Source: Chiloscyllium plagiosum | Taxonomy: Eukaryota | NCBI RefSeq assembly: GCF_004010195.1 | Contig: NC_057730.1 | Coordinates: forward strand, 46,357,609-46,421,608 | Length of the DNA: 64,000 nt | Direction: 5' to 3' | Part shown: positions 49,113-60,236 of the stretch, piece by piece | Layout: each line of letters opens with the position of its first letter | How positions within the stretch are numbered: position 1 is the stretch's first letter | The notes under the pieces: model-generated | Told to the model about the DNA's origin: nothing | Databases searched by the model: none | What the model saw: only the letters and a program-made list of their open reading frames with translations | Translations under genes and position numbers: made by a program

Positions 49113-51476
49113 GTAGGTATTTCAAAAAAAATTGCTGCTAACCTATTTGACAGACTGGGTAATCCACAAATCAGTAAAATCATGTCAATTTCCTTCCAAA
49201 CATGAGATCCCTCTTGGCTGAAGCCTGTTGCAATTAGCCCAGTACAGACAGGAATCACTATCTGCTAGTTTGTGACCTAATGATCTATCATTTGGTGACA
49301 GTAGACACCTTTTGTCTTAAAACTAGCCTTTTGTTTTTTGTATAGATTAAAGTAATATCCTACATAATCCTAAAGCTAAATTTAAAGTGCTAAATAAAAT
49401 CAAACATGTAATAAAGGCCTTTTCATCTGGATTCAGTTGCTTTTTGAGCGTTCAGTCACTTTCAACTCTGAAACTTATTTCAGTTCAATAGCAGTGTTTT
49501 AAGTCTCTGTGACCAGTGATAGTTCTACAATTTCGATAGCAAGACACTTTTATATTTGGTTTGATATATTAAAGACAGTTTCAAGACTAAACTTGCTTTA
49601 TAGACTAGAAACTTAATCACTTGGTTTCAGTTGAAGCTATGGAAATATATTTTTTGTTCACTTGCAAAGGATGAGTATCAAAATAATAAACTGTTGCGTA
49701 ATGTAAATATGCTTTGAAATTGAAGCTGTCAGAATCCCACCACTTAAAATAACTTGGCAATTTTAACAACAAAATCCTGGGAGTACCATAATCAGGCATA
49801 TTATTGGTGCGTAACAGGTGATGTTTCAAGTTGGTAAATCTTCTCCCCTTTTTTAAATGAAAGCCATCTCTGAACCGAAGCTAATCAAATGTAACTAATG
49901 TGAAATGTTAACGTTCATCTGTGCAGGTACTACCTGTTTGGACTTCTCCAGCCTTTTCTGATTTTATTTTCCTTTACTCTGGATTTCCAGCATCTTTATA
50001 ATGCTCTGCATTTCTTATTGCTAATTTTTCAGAATATATTTTCACATTTGAGTCCCAAACTTGTTTATTTTTCTTTAATATATTGGGCATGACTCAATGG
50101 GGAAAAAAATGTTAACCAGTGAAATTGAGCATAATCCTTTTTTCCCAAAAGCATAAGCTGATTACAATCTACCTAAAGTTTAATTATTTAGTCTGAGTTG
50201 GGCAAGTCTAGATTATGTTTGTTTATAGTTGATGCATGAGCTGGCCAAGAGTTCCTGCAGTAAAATGCAAATCTTTGCTCCTTTTGCAGTGCTTGAATTA
50301 ATGTGTTTAGTTGTTTTGTAAGTAAATAGCTGGAGCCTTGTGTCCAGTTTTAAGAACAATCTTTTCTCACTGGCTCTTTAGCAGTAAAAGTAAGTGAGGG
50401 GGTTCGTAGGGGGTTAATTTCAATTTTTAGTTTTAAATTCAAAAGGACAAATTCTATTGTTTGAATTCTCAATCTTCTAATTGCAAAACCCTGTAAGAAG
50501 ATTTATTTATGCAGTATCAAAATTGGTGTGCCTACACCTCCTTCAAGAAGGCAGCTTGCCACTTCCAATTAGGGCTGAGCAGTAAATACTGGGTTAACAA
50601 GTAAATATTCTGATGTCATGACTCACTTGGGATAGTGCACTGGAAAGCAGGTTCCATGTTCTTAGACTTGTTGCAATTGTGTAAAGATTTAATTAAACTG
50701 GAAACTTGGGATAGTTTACCTGATTGTGGAAACCAGGTTAAAAGAGCACTCACCAGATGTCTGTGCTTAACGAGAAAATAGCTATTTATTGCAAACAGAT
50801 TTGAATTTAAACAGACTACAAAATTGCTAGTAGTTAACTTTCAATGACTTGAACCATTTTTTTAAAAAACCTCACTTGAGACCAGACACAGTACAGCACA
50901 ATTCTGGCTCAAGTCTAAATTACAGAATCCATTAGATGGTTAACTGGAGTTCCTGGAGTCTTTTTGACTGTGGGTGAGAGGTTGTGAACACCGAATCTAA
51001 GTCTCCCATTAAGGATTTTCCCCATCAGTGTCTTTGAAGGTGATTTTGTTTTCTTTCTTCTCCCTTTTTTAAGAAGGGTATTTGCAGAGAGCAAATCTGC
51101 TCTGGATTTTTTCTGAATTGATAAAGGAGGCGATGTTTTCTCCCTGAAAGTCTGGATGTTTCTGCTGCATTGCACAAATATAGTTGCTGCCACTATCTTG
51201 GGAACCAATCAAGAATTTATTAGGTGTACTGAGTATTCCTGAATGCCGCTAATCTCGGCTGGAAAAGCTAATCGGTGTTGAAGACAACCTTGTCAAATAA
51301 GCCCTAGTAATTCTTACTTAAAACTGCCACATCTTCCACAGTCTCTTAACTTAATTTAAAGCATCTTTTTCCAGTTAAGTTCACACTACAAAAAAATTAG
51401 TCTTTACACCATGAAAGAATAAATTTTTAATTCCAGAAATTGGTAACTTTGTCATGTGTTATTTCATTCCTTAAAG

Positions 51477-51651
51477 CACAGTGACTCTGATTCTGAGCCA
51501 GAATTCCATTTGCCACCGTCAATCCCAACAGCATTACCTGTGACGGGAGAGTCGTACTGTGACTGTGCGAGTCAAAGTGATACCCGATATTGTGGTGGTA
51601 TGCGTAGCTTCCATCGCATGAAGGATTGTCACTGTGGAGAGGAGGATGAAT
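51477..51651 (+). CDS. SPSB3: SPSB3 exon 3
   Basis: aag|[58 protein letters not shown]+T|gtaag. Confidence 0.92.
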
Positions 51652-52562
51652 GTAAGGATGAATAAAAATTACACTCTTGTTTGAGGGATTTGATAGCAGT
51701 GTAATGCAACAACAGTTTAAGTGGAGCAGGGGGAGGGGGAGCAGGGGGGGGGAATATAAAAGGATCATATAATTGTTTAATCCTGGTGCAATGCTTTATC
51801 ACTGGCTCTTCTCAGAATTCCATATGGCATACATCAAGGTTTTAAAATAGTTCACTGGCAAATTATTAAATTTGCAATCCCCATTTCTGACAGTGTCTCA
51901 GTATTAAATACAAATTTGAAGTGCAGCAGTCAACTTGATGAAAATTAGGTTGCAATAGACTGGCATAGCTGTTCTCAGTAAGGTTTGCACTTTGTTTAAA
52001 GAATTTGTGGTGCTATTGTGAACAGTACTTGAATTTTGACTTTTAATGCTAGATCTGATCAAATGGACTGAATGGAGAATCATGGGTGATTTGGTCTCAA
52101 GATGTAATTTAATCCCTCTGTTCTAGTGACCATTTTAGAGCTGAAATCCAAACCATACAAGACTAGAGCCAACAGGTTGCTGCCAGCCATCTGACAGATC
52201 ATGAATGCTATTGGTGGGCCCATGATGCCACCATTTTGTAATAGTCTTTAACTGCATATTATATATACTCTGGCTTTGCACGCTGAAGCTGAGTAACCTC
52301 CACTTGAAGGACTAGTATTTGAGGTGCAGACATTGCAGGTTTTCCAAATTGATTGACAGGTGATATCAGAATATTCAAATAATTGTTCATTTAAGAATAA
52401 AGTATTTATCTCCAGTGTGCTAAACTACTTGAAACAAATGTGACAAGTCCAAATTTGTTTGGACAGTGTATTGGTTTATCTCCACCAACAAGCATTTAAA
52501 ATGTGTGTACAATGTGACGAGTGAGAATTTGAAAAAAACTAATTTTTAAAAAATCTCTGCAG

Positions 52563-52750
52563 ATTTTGAGTGGATGTGGGATGATTCTACCAAGTCCTCT
52601 GCGACACTGCTGAGCTGCGAGAACAGAGAAGTGAACTTTCACATGGATTACAGTTGTGGAACAGCAGCAATTCGTGGAGATAAGGAAATGAGTGAAGGTC
52701 AGCACTTCTGGGAAATAAAAATGACATCCCCCGTATATGGTACTGATATG
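52563..52750 (+). CDS. SPSB3: SPSB3 exon 4 (SPRY)
   Basis: cag|(Y)[62 protein letters not shown]|gtagg. Confidence 0.95.
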
Positions 52751-54452
52751 GTAGGTCCAGTAAATATCTAATACCTTGTCTTTCTATCTTTTGAATAGTA
52801 GTTTAAGTTGCACAAGGGTGGTTCGTTCATGGGATGTGGACATTGCTGGCTGTTCACCATCTATTGCTGATCTCTGATTGCTGTTGAAGATGGTGCTGAG
52901 TTGCTGCCTTGCGTGTTGCAGTCTATATGCCGTAGATTGCCTTGCTATTGGGGAGGGCATTCCAGGATTTCAGCTCTAATGCTGAAGGAAAGGTGACATA
53001 TTTCCCAAGTCAGAATGGTGAATGGCTTCGAGAACTTGCATCAAATGGTGTTCCCATGTATCTGTCTGCTGCTGTTGGTCCTTCCCGTTGGAAGTGCTTT
53101 TCCTTTTAGAAGGAGATGATCCTTTCAGGAAAAGTAATGATCCCCTTTTAAGGAATGCTACAATACTGTAGAACTGTATTTTTTAATATTTTGATTTAAA
53201 AAGGGAGATTTGAGTTAGTGAATAGTTGTGGGCATTTGTTTTCATACTGTGTATGCTCATCTTCAATCACTAATATTAAGATAAAGCTTTATTCTGGTTC
53301 CCCCATTACTAATATCTTGAGCAATATTTTGGTGTTTATTATTGGTATCAATCCTTAACGTAATAAATGGGATTTCACTTGGACATGTCCTGTTCTCCAC
53401 TTTTTTCCTATTGGTGCAGAATGAGGACAGTGCAGTCTGCTTACTCTCTGACTGGTTTGCAAATTATTTGCAGCTGCATTTGTTCTTCCTTTTTCTCTTT
53501 AAACAAAGAAACTAGCAAGTGAATTGAAAGGAACTAATGCATATTATCCACCCGTTAGTGTGTTTACTCACCTAACAGTAGTATTAGTTTCATTAAATGA
53601 AGATTAGCAAATTGCGATTGAAGTTGTAACTACATACCATGTGGAGGAGATTAAGTACATGTGAATAAGTGGATCATAAGATGCTATTTATTTCATAAAC
53701 TTGTTAATGCGATCATTGCTGAGTAGTGTAAACTCCATCTATTAGAGGTGATTAAGTATATGTGAAATTTTACTCCAGTATTCACTGGATCATGTTTGTT
53801 TGAATACACAGTGCTTTGCATGAAATGGAAGTGGTATAATTGATTTTTGTGCTGTTATGTTATTGCTCACATTTTTTTAAGCAACCTAGATTGTATTGTA
53901 CAACATATTCGTTGGCATCTGAAAAGACAAATTTGTAGTTTGAGTCATAACTGAAGTGGAGACTGAATCCTTGAACTTCATTCAGAAAGCTGATTATTGA
54001 GCAATGCAGATTTGGTCAAACATAACCATTTGGTATCAAGTTGAATATGCATACGAATTAATGTGCAAAATTGTGAACTGATTGACTTTGTTGCTGAAAG
54101 TTTATCATATTGCAGAAAGCTGGCCTTCGTGTTTAGTTACTGAATGGCTTGCTAGGATCTTTCGAAGCAGAAATAAAATCTTAACTACAGAAAATGATCC
54201 AGCTTGTCCTAATTAATCTGCTTTTATTTTCTCCCAATATTCTCTTGGGCAATATTAAGTCCAAACATTGTCATATTACACCAAACAAGTATAATTATTC
54301 CATTGAATAAAACCTGCAAGAGAAATTGGTGACTATTCTGTTCTGAGCAGCAATATTTAGAATTTTTTTTATACTAGCAATGCCAAGAACAGTAACTAGA
54401 ATATTTATCTGCATCTTCATAATTTTGTTTGTATTTTGTGCACTATTTTTAG

Positions 54453-54555
54453 ATGGTAGGAATAGGAACAACTGATGTCAAACTGGACAAATTTCGTCAT
54501 ACCTTTTGCAGCCTACTGGGAAAAGATGAAAATAGTTGGGGGCTCTCCTATACAG
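54453..54555 (+). CDS. SPSB3: SPSB3 exon 5 (SPRY)
   Basis: tag|[34 protein letters not shown]+G|gtacc. Confidence 0.93.
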
Positions 54556-55233
54556 GTACCACTCCTGTGAAATAGTTTCTTAAAAAGTACTCTGCCTTTA
54601 ATTTTGATCTTTCATTTAAACATGACCAGCCCTTGCTTTTCTTTCAATTTACTTTGCTGTCCATGGGATTTGTAGACCAGGTACATTCAGTGGCTGTTGC
54701 TGCACTGGGGCATTCTTTTTAGAACCGGTCATCTCCATCATTTCAGCTCCAGCCATGGAAACGTGAGCTATGAATGGAACTGTTTGTCTCTTACTACAGA
54801 GTACTGGAACTGCTCAAATCTTTAAGGTGCTGTTCCACCTTGCTTTGGATAAATAAATGACACTCTAGTACAATGCATGGGCATAACAAAAAACAATTGA
54901 CCACAAGGACAAATTGGAAGAACAAAGTGAAATGGTTCTTGTAATCCACCCTGGATTCCTGTGCATACAGGATTAACTCAATGCGCAATATTTTGCATAT
55001 ACAACTTTCTGTTGGTGCAACTTTTAAAAAGCTTTTTATGAAAAGGATCCTCCATCTAAGTCTTAGAACTTTGTACACCTCCAACCTTACCAACAACTAA
55101 ACTTTGTCATCAACTTTTTATACTTCTATTTACAATAAGGATTTGTTTTATATTTGAAAGAATCTACTTTATTTGTATATATTACATGTGACAGATCACT
55201 AAGTTTTAGCCTTTGAAAATATTTGTTTTGCAG

Positions 55234-55359
55234 GTGTACTACATCACAAAGGTGCCAAGATTCACTTCTCAACAAGATTTGGACAAGGCTCTATCATAGG
55301 TGTTCATTTGGATACCTGGCATGGTACCCTGACATTCTTCAAAAATAGAAAATGCATAG
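55234..55359 (+). CDS. SPSB3: SPSB3 exon 6 (SPRY)
   Basis: cag|(G)[41 protein letters not shown]+G|gtatg. Confidence 0.95.
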
Positions 55360-55504
55360 GTATGGTGCAGTTTTTATCCAGTGGAAATTTTTACCTTGCC
55401 TAGTGTTCCTTGAAACATTGCGCTTTAAAGTTGCCTGGTGATCATCAGTTTGGATACTGATCCACTATTGCAAATTCAAATATGAGGGGAGGGGATAAAA
55501 GATA

Positions 55505-55620
55505 TTGCTGATGCCCAAACGTCTATTCTCCTGTCCTTGGATGCTACCTGACCTGCGGTGCTTTTCCAGCACCATACACTCGACTCTGATCTCCGGCATC
55601 TGCAGTCCTCACTTTTTCTC
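55505..55620 (+). mobile_element. Penelope-derived mini-element with partly deleted hammerhead
   Basis: atgcccaaacgtctattctcctg...gatgctacctgacctgc...ccagcaccat...ctctgatctcc.gcatctgcagtcctcactt, like 24609-24727. Confidence 0.7.
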
Positions 55621-56422
55621 TCAGAAAACAATACATGTCAAATAGTGTTTTATAAACAATTAAGTTAATCAGTTGCAAGTCATGACTTTTTTTTTAGGGA
55701 TTTTTTTTTTTAAAATGCACTGCCACTCTAAATGCAAGGCTCTCAAAGTTCCTTCTGCCCTCAAATAGCAGACTTGTTGTGATACTCTTGATTTTTATAT
55801 AGTAGCTGAGAAATCTAACCACTAAGCATTCCAAATGGCCACCAGGTCTCCCTAATACATTGGCTAAAGCGGTGTTTTTTTACATTTCCTCAACTTTAAT
55901 CTCGCTGTATCAGATCTGCACACAACCAAGTCTTTGAATTTCATTTTAACAATACAATAAGTTGTAATACTGTTACTGCTGATGTATGTGCACCTGCAGA
56001 GCACTAAAGATTAAACAACATTCTGTGCACAATTTTTATTTTTGTGGAATTCGGTTTTTTGCCATATATTAATAGTAATTATGATTATAGCAGTGAAAAG
56101 TTTGCCTTGTTGTTATAGTGTAATTTGTAAGATTTGACACAATATTTTTCCAGATTGTATCTGCAATTCATCTATACTTAAAAGTAGATGTAGTTACTGT
56201 TAACGTTGTTTTTCTCCTAAAATAGCAACTATATTTTTAATCAGTGAATTTTAAAATGGTCTTGTTTCTTCATGCCATGCAGCTAATCTAGCAAAATCAA
56301 ATTGTGCAATATTATATCTGTTTGTTTGAATTTGGTACGACTTTTTCCAGTAGATCCAAAATATTGCTGTATTATGGTGACTTGTGCCTAGCTGATGTTA
56401 ACAAGTGTTTTTCTTTACGAAG

Positions 56423-56769
56423 GAATTGCAGCTACTAAGCTGCAAAACAAGAAGTTCTTCCCAATGGTTTGCTCGACTGCAGCAAGGAGCAGTATGAAAG
56501 TGATTAGATCACGTTTCTCCCCGACTTCTCTCCAGTATCTCTGCTGCCTAAGGCTACGACAGCTCTTACCTGATCACAGTGACAAATTGGAGGTTCTTCC
56601 CCTACCCCCAGGCCTGAAGCGCATACTCCGTAATCGATTGGGTTGGGTCCTTTCTATGAACCATGAAGGTGGCGGCAAAGAAGCTGCGTGCAGCTCATCA
56701 GGCAGTGATTCTGACAGCTCCTTAGTAGACGCTGAAGCTTGCCAACGGAAAAGGTGCCGGCGGACTTAA
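56423..56769 (+). CDS. SPSB3: SPSB3 last exon (SOCS box)
   Basis: aag|(G)[26 protein letters not shown]...[16 protein letters not shown]...[11 protein letters not shown]...CQRKRCRRT*. Confidence 0.95.
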
Positions 56770-58264
56770 CGCGTGTATGGGTTTGATTTTCTCTTTAAAT
56801 CATGACTGCAATTTTAACTGCTGCAGCTGCAGAACTTAGTATGGACATGGACCAGTGCTGCTACATGATGAGCCAAATGCAAGATGATCAAAGCTCTCAA
56901 CTTCATTTTTTTAAATGCTTTTTGCTCCTTCCACCAAACTGTTGGGGACTCGTGAACTGGGATTGGCAAGAAATGCTTGATTGATGGCTGAAGACACTCT
57001 TCAGAAGAAGTACCTGTGTATTTCAAGAATTCTTCTCAATCTGCTTTTTGTAGGTCATGTAGTGCTTTCACATTTTAAAACAAATTAAATATTCAGCTTG
57101 TCTAAAATATTTATTGCATGCTGCTTTTCTTCCCAGCCTAAAAGCTTCATGATCTATTTCGTTGGATGAGATATCTAGATTTTAAAGATTTTTTTGATTC
57201 CTTTGTCTGTGAGTTGGCTTCCAACTGGATAAAAATAGGGTGTTCAAAGCTGGCCATTCTGGGGTGGGGCAGGGTGTGCAGAATCAGAGGTCTGCATTCT
57301 TCAGTGTGCATCTATTTGTGACGTCCCAGTTGAGAAGATGATGGTTCTTTTAACTTGGTCATAGCTTGCTTGTAACGATTGAGGTTCATTTTTCTTTCAG
57401 ATAAACTACGGGGAGGTACATGATCCTTGAGGAGTCAGTGCCAGCAAGAATGTAATAGCATTCACTTGATTGAAAAGTTCTGGTAAGATTGGGAACTGTG
57501 TAATGAATAGTTCATTTAAATTTAGTGTAGTTAATATTTTTTGCAATCTAATATCCATTCTGTCCACGTTGGACCATTTTTTTTTTAATCTTTGAGCAAT
57601 GGTTCTGAAATTATGTCCCCAATTTAGTTTTGTTGTTCTATTGGTTACAGCTACTATTAGGCAACTGTTTATGAAGGACATAAGGCATTTTATAAACAAA
57701 AACAAATTGCCTGTTTTCATGACCATTTCAGGCTCCAGATTTATATAGTGTTTAAGATATATATAAATAGGCATATATTGTAAAGTGTAAGCCCCATTCT
57801 GACTTCTCCTATTGTGCTTATTAGTCCTATTATTTTACTCAATCATTCCACATGTTTGAGTTTAATTTGTGGCCTCGTTGAATCATTGCAGAATAGCATC
57901 AGTTTTTGCCTTTTTAGATTTTCTACACCATTACTTAGTAAAATTTCAAATACTGGAATGACAAGCTTCTGTCTGTTCCTAATAACTATCAAATGCAACT
58001 TGAATCAGTCTTTCCTATTAGATTTATAAAAACAAAGTTTTGCTGCTTGTAATTTTTTCCTCTGCTCTAGAAAGCTGGTGCTTTTTAGTCAGTGACTTTG
58101 TGTTTTGAAAATTCAGAATCGATTAATTTTAACTCTTTATGGACCATTTATTTTCTTGTTTAACTTTGCACATTGAACATTAACTTTCAATGTCAGTTTT
58201 TTGTACATTGAGGTCCCATTCAGTTGAATCTTTTAAAACATAGGTTCTGTTTTAATGCACAGCA

Positions 58265-58270
58265 AATAAA
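58265..58270 (+). terminator. candidate SPSB3 poly(A) signal
   Basis: AATAAA about 1.5 kb after the stop codon, preceded by a U-rich/TGTA stretch and followed by GT-rich sequence. Confidence 0.55.
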
Positions 58271-58383
58271 CTGGTTTTGAATGTCTTGTGCTTTGCTAAT
58301 CTAAATTGTTATTGTTTGTGCGAAGACTTGTAGCTTGGGTGCTCGTTGTTGTGGTTCTGTTCGCCGAGCTGGGAATTTGTGTT

Positions 58384-58423
58384 GCAGACGTTTCGTCCCC
58401 TGTCTAGGTGACATCCTCAGTGC
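58384..58423 (-). ncRNA. minimal hammerhead ribozyme motif
   Basis: GCA-CUGAGGA-U-GUCACCUAGACAGGGGAC-GAAA-C-GUC-UGC. Confidence 0.72.
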
Positions 58424-58885
58424 TTGGAAGCGCTTCTGTGATCTTTCCTCTGGCATTTATAGTGGTTTGTCTCTGCCGCTTCCGGTTGGCAGTTCCAGCT
58501 GTCCGTCGCAGTGGCTGGTATATTGGGTCCAGATCGATGTACTTATTGAATCTGTGGATGAATGCCATGCCTCTAGGAATTCCCTGGCTGTTCTCTGTTT
58601 GGCTTGTCCTATAATAGTAGTGTTGTCCCAGTCGAATTCATGTTGCTTGTCATCTGCGTGTGTGACTACTAAGGATAGCTGGTCATGTCGTTTTGTGGTT
58701 AGTTGTTCATGGATGCGGATAGTTAGCTGTCTTCCTGCTTGTCTTATGTAGTATTTTGTGCAGTCCTTGCATGGGATTTTTTTACACTACATTTTGCTTT
58801 GGAACTGACAACCAGAAGCGGCAGATTCAAACCACTACAAATACCGGAGGAAAGATCACAGAAGCACTTCACAGGAGGCTCCCAA

Positions 58886-58925
58886 GCACTGAGGATGTCA
58901 CCTAGACAGGGGACGAAACGTCTGC
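58886..58925 (+). ncRNA. minimal hammerhead ribozyme motif (sense to SPSB3 read-through)
   Basis: GCA-CUGAGGA-U-GUCACCUAGACAGGGGAC-GAAA-C-GUC-UGC, with the canonical GUC triplet. Confidence 0.72.
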
Positions 58926-59319
58926 AACACAAATTCCCAGCTCGGCGAACAGAATCACAACTAAATTGTCATTTTAAAAACTTTCTTCTGGTAGTTGGGC
59001 AATGTTACTTAAAAAGTTAAGTATAGGTTTTTGTCTTTTGTCTTTCCCAGAATTCTAATTGTTTAACATATCTCCAGGGTTTCATTCCTCCCGGAATTAA
59101 AAAATATAACTTGAACGATCAGCTTTTGTTTACATACAGGAACTTTACAAGACCAAATTTGACATCTCCGTATAAGGAGGTAATGGAGAAATGACTCAAA
59201 GCTCGACCAAAGGAATTTTTTTAAAGTGATGTGTTAAGAGGAAACAAAGGGTGTCGGAACAGATTTAAAGAGCGCTGAGTAAAGGATTTGGGACGCCCTG
59301 TTGAGGTTGTGCAAGACAC

Positions 59320-59810
59320 TGTGAGGCCACTTCTGGAGTACTGTGTACAGTTCTGGGTGCCCTGCTATAGGAATATATTAAATTGGAGAGGGTTCAGAAA
59401 AAACGTACCAGGATGTGGCTGGAAATGGAGAGTTTGTTATATGGATGGGCTGGGACTTGGCCCACTGGAATGTGTAGGAGGTTGAGGGGTGATGTTTAGA
59501 GGTTCAAAAAATCATAAGCGTAGACGATGGCAAGTGCATGCATCCCCAGATGGAGGAGTTCAAAGCCAGGAGAGGAGAAAGATAACCTGAGAAGTAGAGC
59601 TTTGAGTGTGGTTCATATGTGGAATGAACTGCCAGAGGAGGTGATAGATGCAGGTGCAGTTGCAACATTTAAAAAACATTTGGACAGATTCATGAATGGG
59701 AAAGGTTTAGAGGGATATGGGCCAAACGTAAACAAGTGGGACTACTTAAGTTAAGGAAAACTTGGTTTGCATGGACAAGTTGGACCATAGTCTGTTTCTG
59801 TGACACTACT
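59320..59810 (+). mobile_element. decayed CR1 3' fragment
   Basis: VRPLLEYCVQFW; WNELPEEVIDAGAVATFKKHLDRFM. Confidence 0.82.
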
Positions 59811-59930
59811 ACTATACATTTTTAAAATTGAGATATCAAGTATCTGTAGTCCCAAAGAATCAGAGCTGTTCTCCCTGTAGAGAGAAATGATTGGTGGGAA
59901 GTTTAACTTGAGCATTACTTGAGCATTGAG

Positions 59931-60236
59931 TGGCATGGTCAGTGGTTAGCACTGCTGCCTCACAGCACCAGGGTCCCAGGTTTGATTCCAGCCTCGGGCG
60001 ACTATGTCTGTGGATTTTGCACATTCTCCCCATGTCTGCATGGATTTCCTCCGGGTGCTCTGGTTTCCTCCCACAGTCCAGATATGCACGTCAAGTGAAT
60101 TGGATATGCTAAATTGCCCATAGTTAGATGCATTAGTCAGAGGGAAATGGGTCTGAGTGGGTTACTCTTCGGATGGTCAGTGTGGACTTGTTGGGTCAAA
60201 GGGCCTGTTTCCACACTGTAGGGAATGTAATCTAAG
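59931..60236 (+). mobile_element. HE1/V-SINE nested in an older SINE
   Basis: Head, V-domain and taatcta tail; the flanks resemble 2848-3057. Confidence 0.88.

Larger units (their letters stand above)
58314..58960 (-). mobile_element. Penelope-like element with inverted pLTR (same family as 19215)
   Basis: Minus-strand GIY-YIG part (IRQAGRQLTIRIHEQL...HEFDWDNTTIIGQAKQRTAREFLEAWHS); inverted copy at ~58803-58960; TSD ctaaattgtyatt (58301-58313, 58961-58973). Confidence 0.88.

Noticed and set aside
56802-56984. 60-aa ORF directly after the SPSB3 stop
   Set aside because: It lies in the 3' UTR, has no recognisable motif, and is of chance length.
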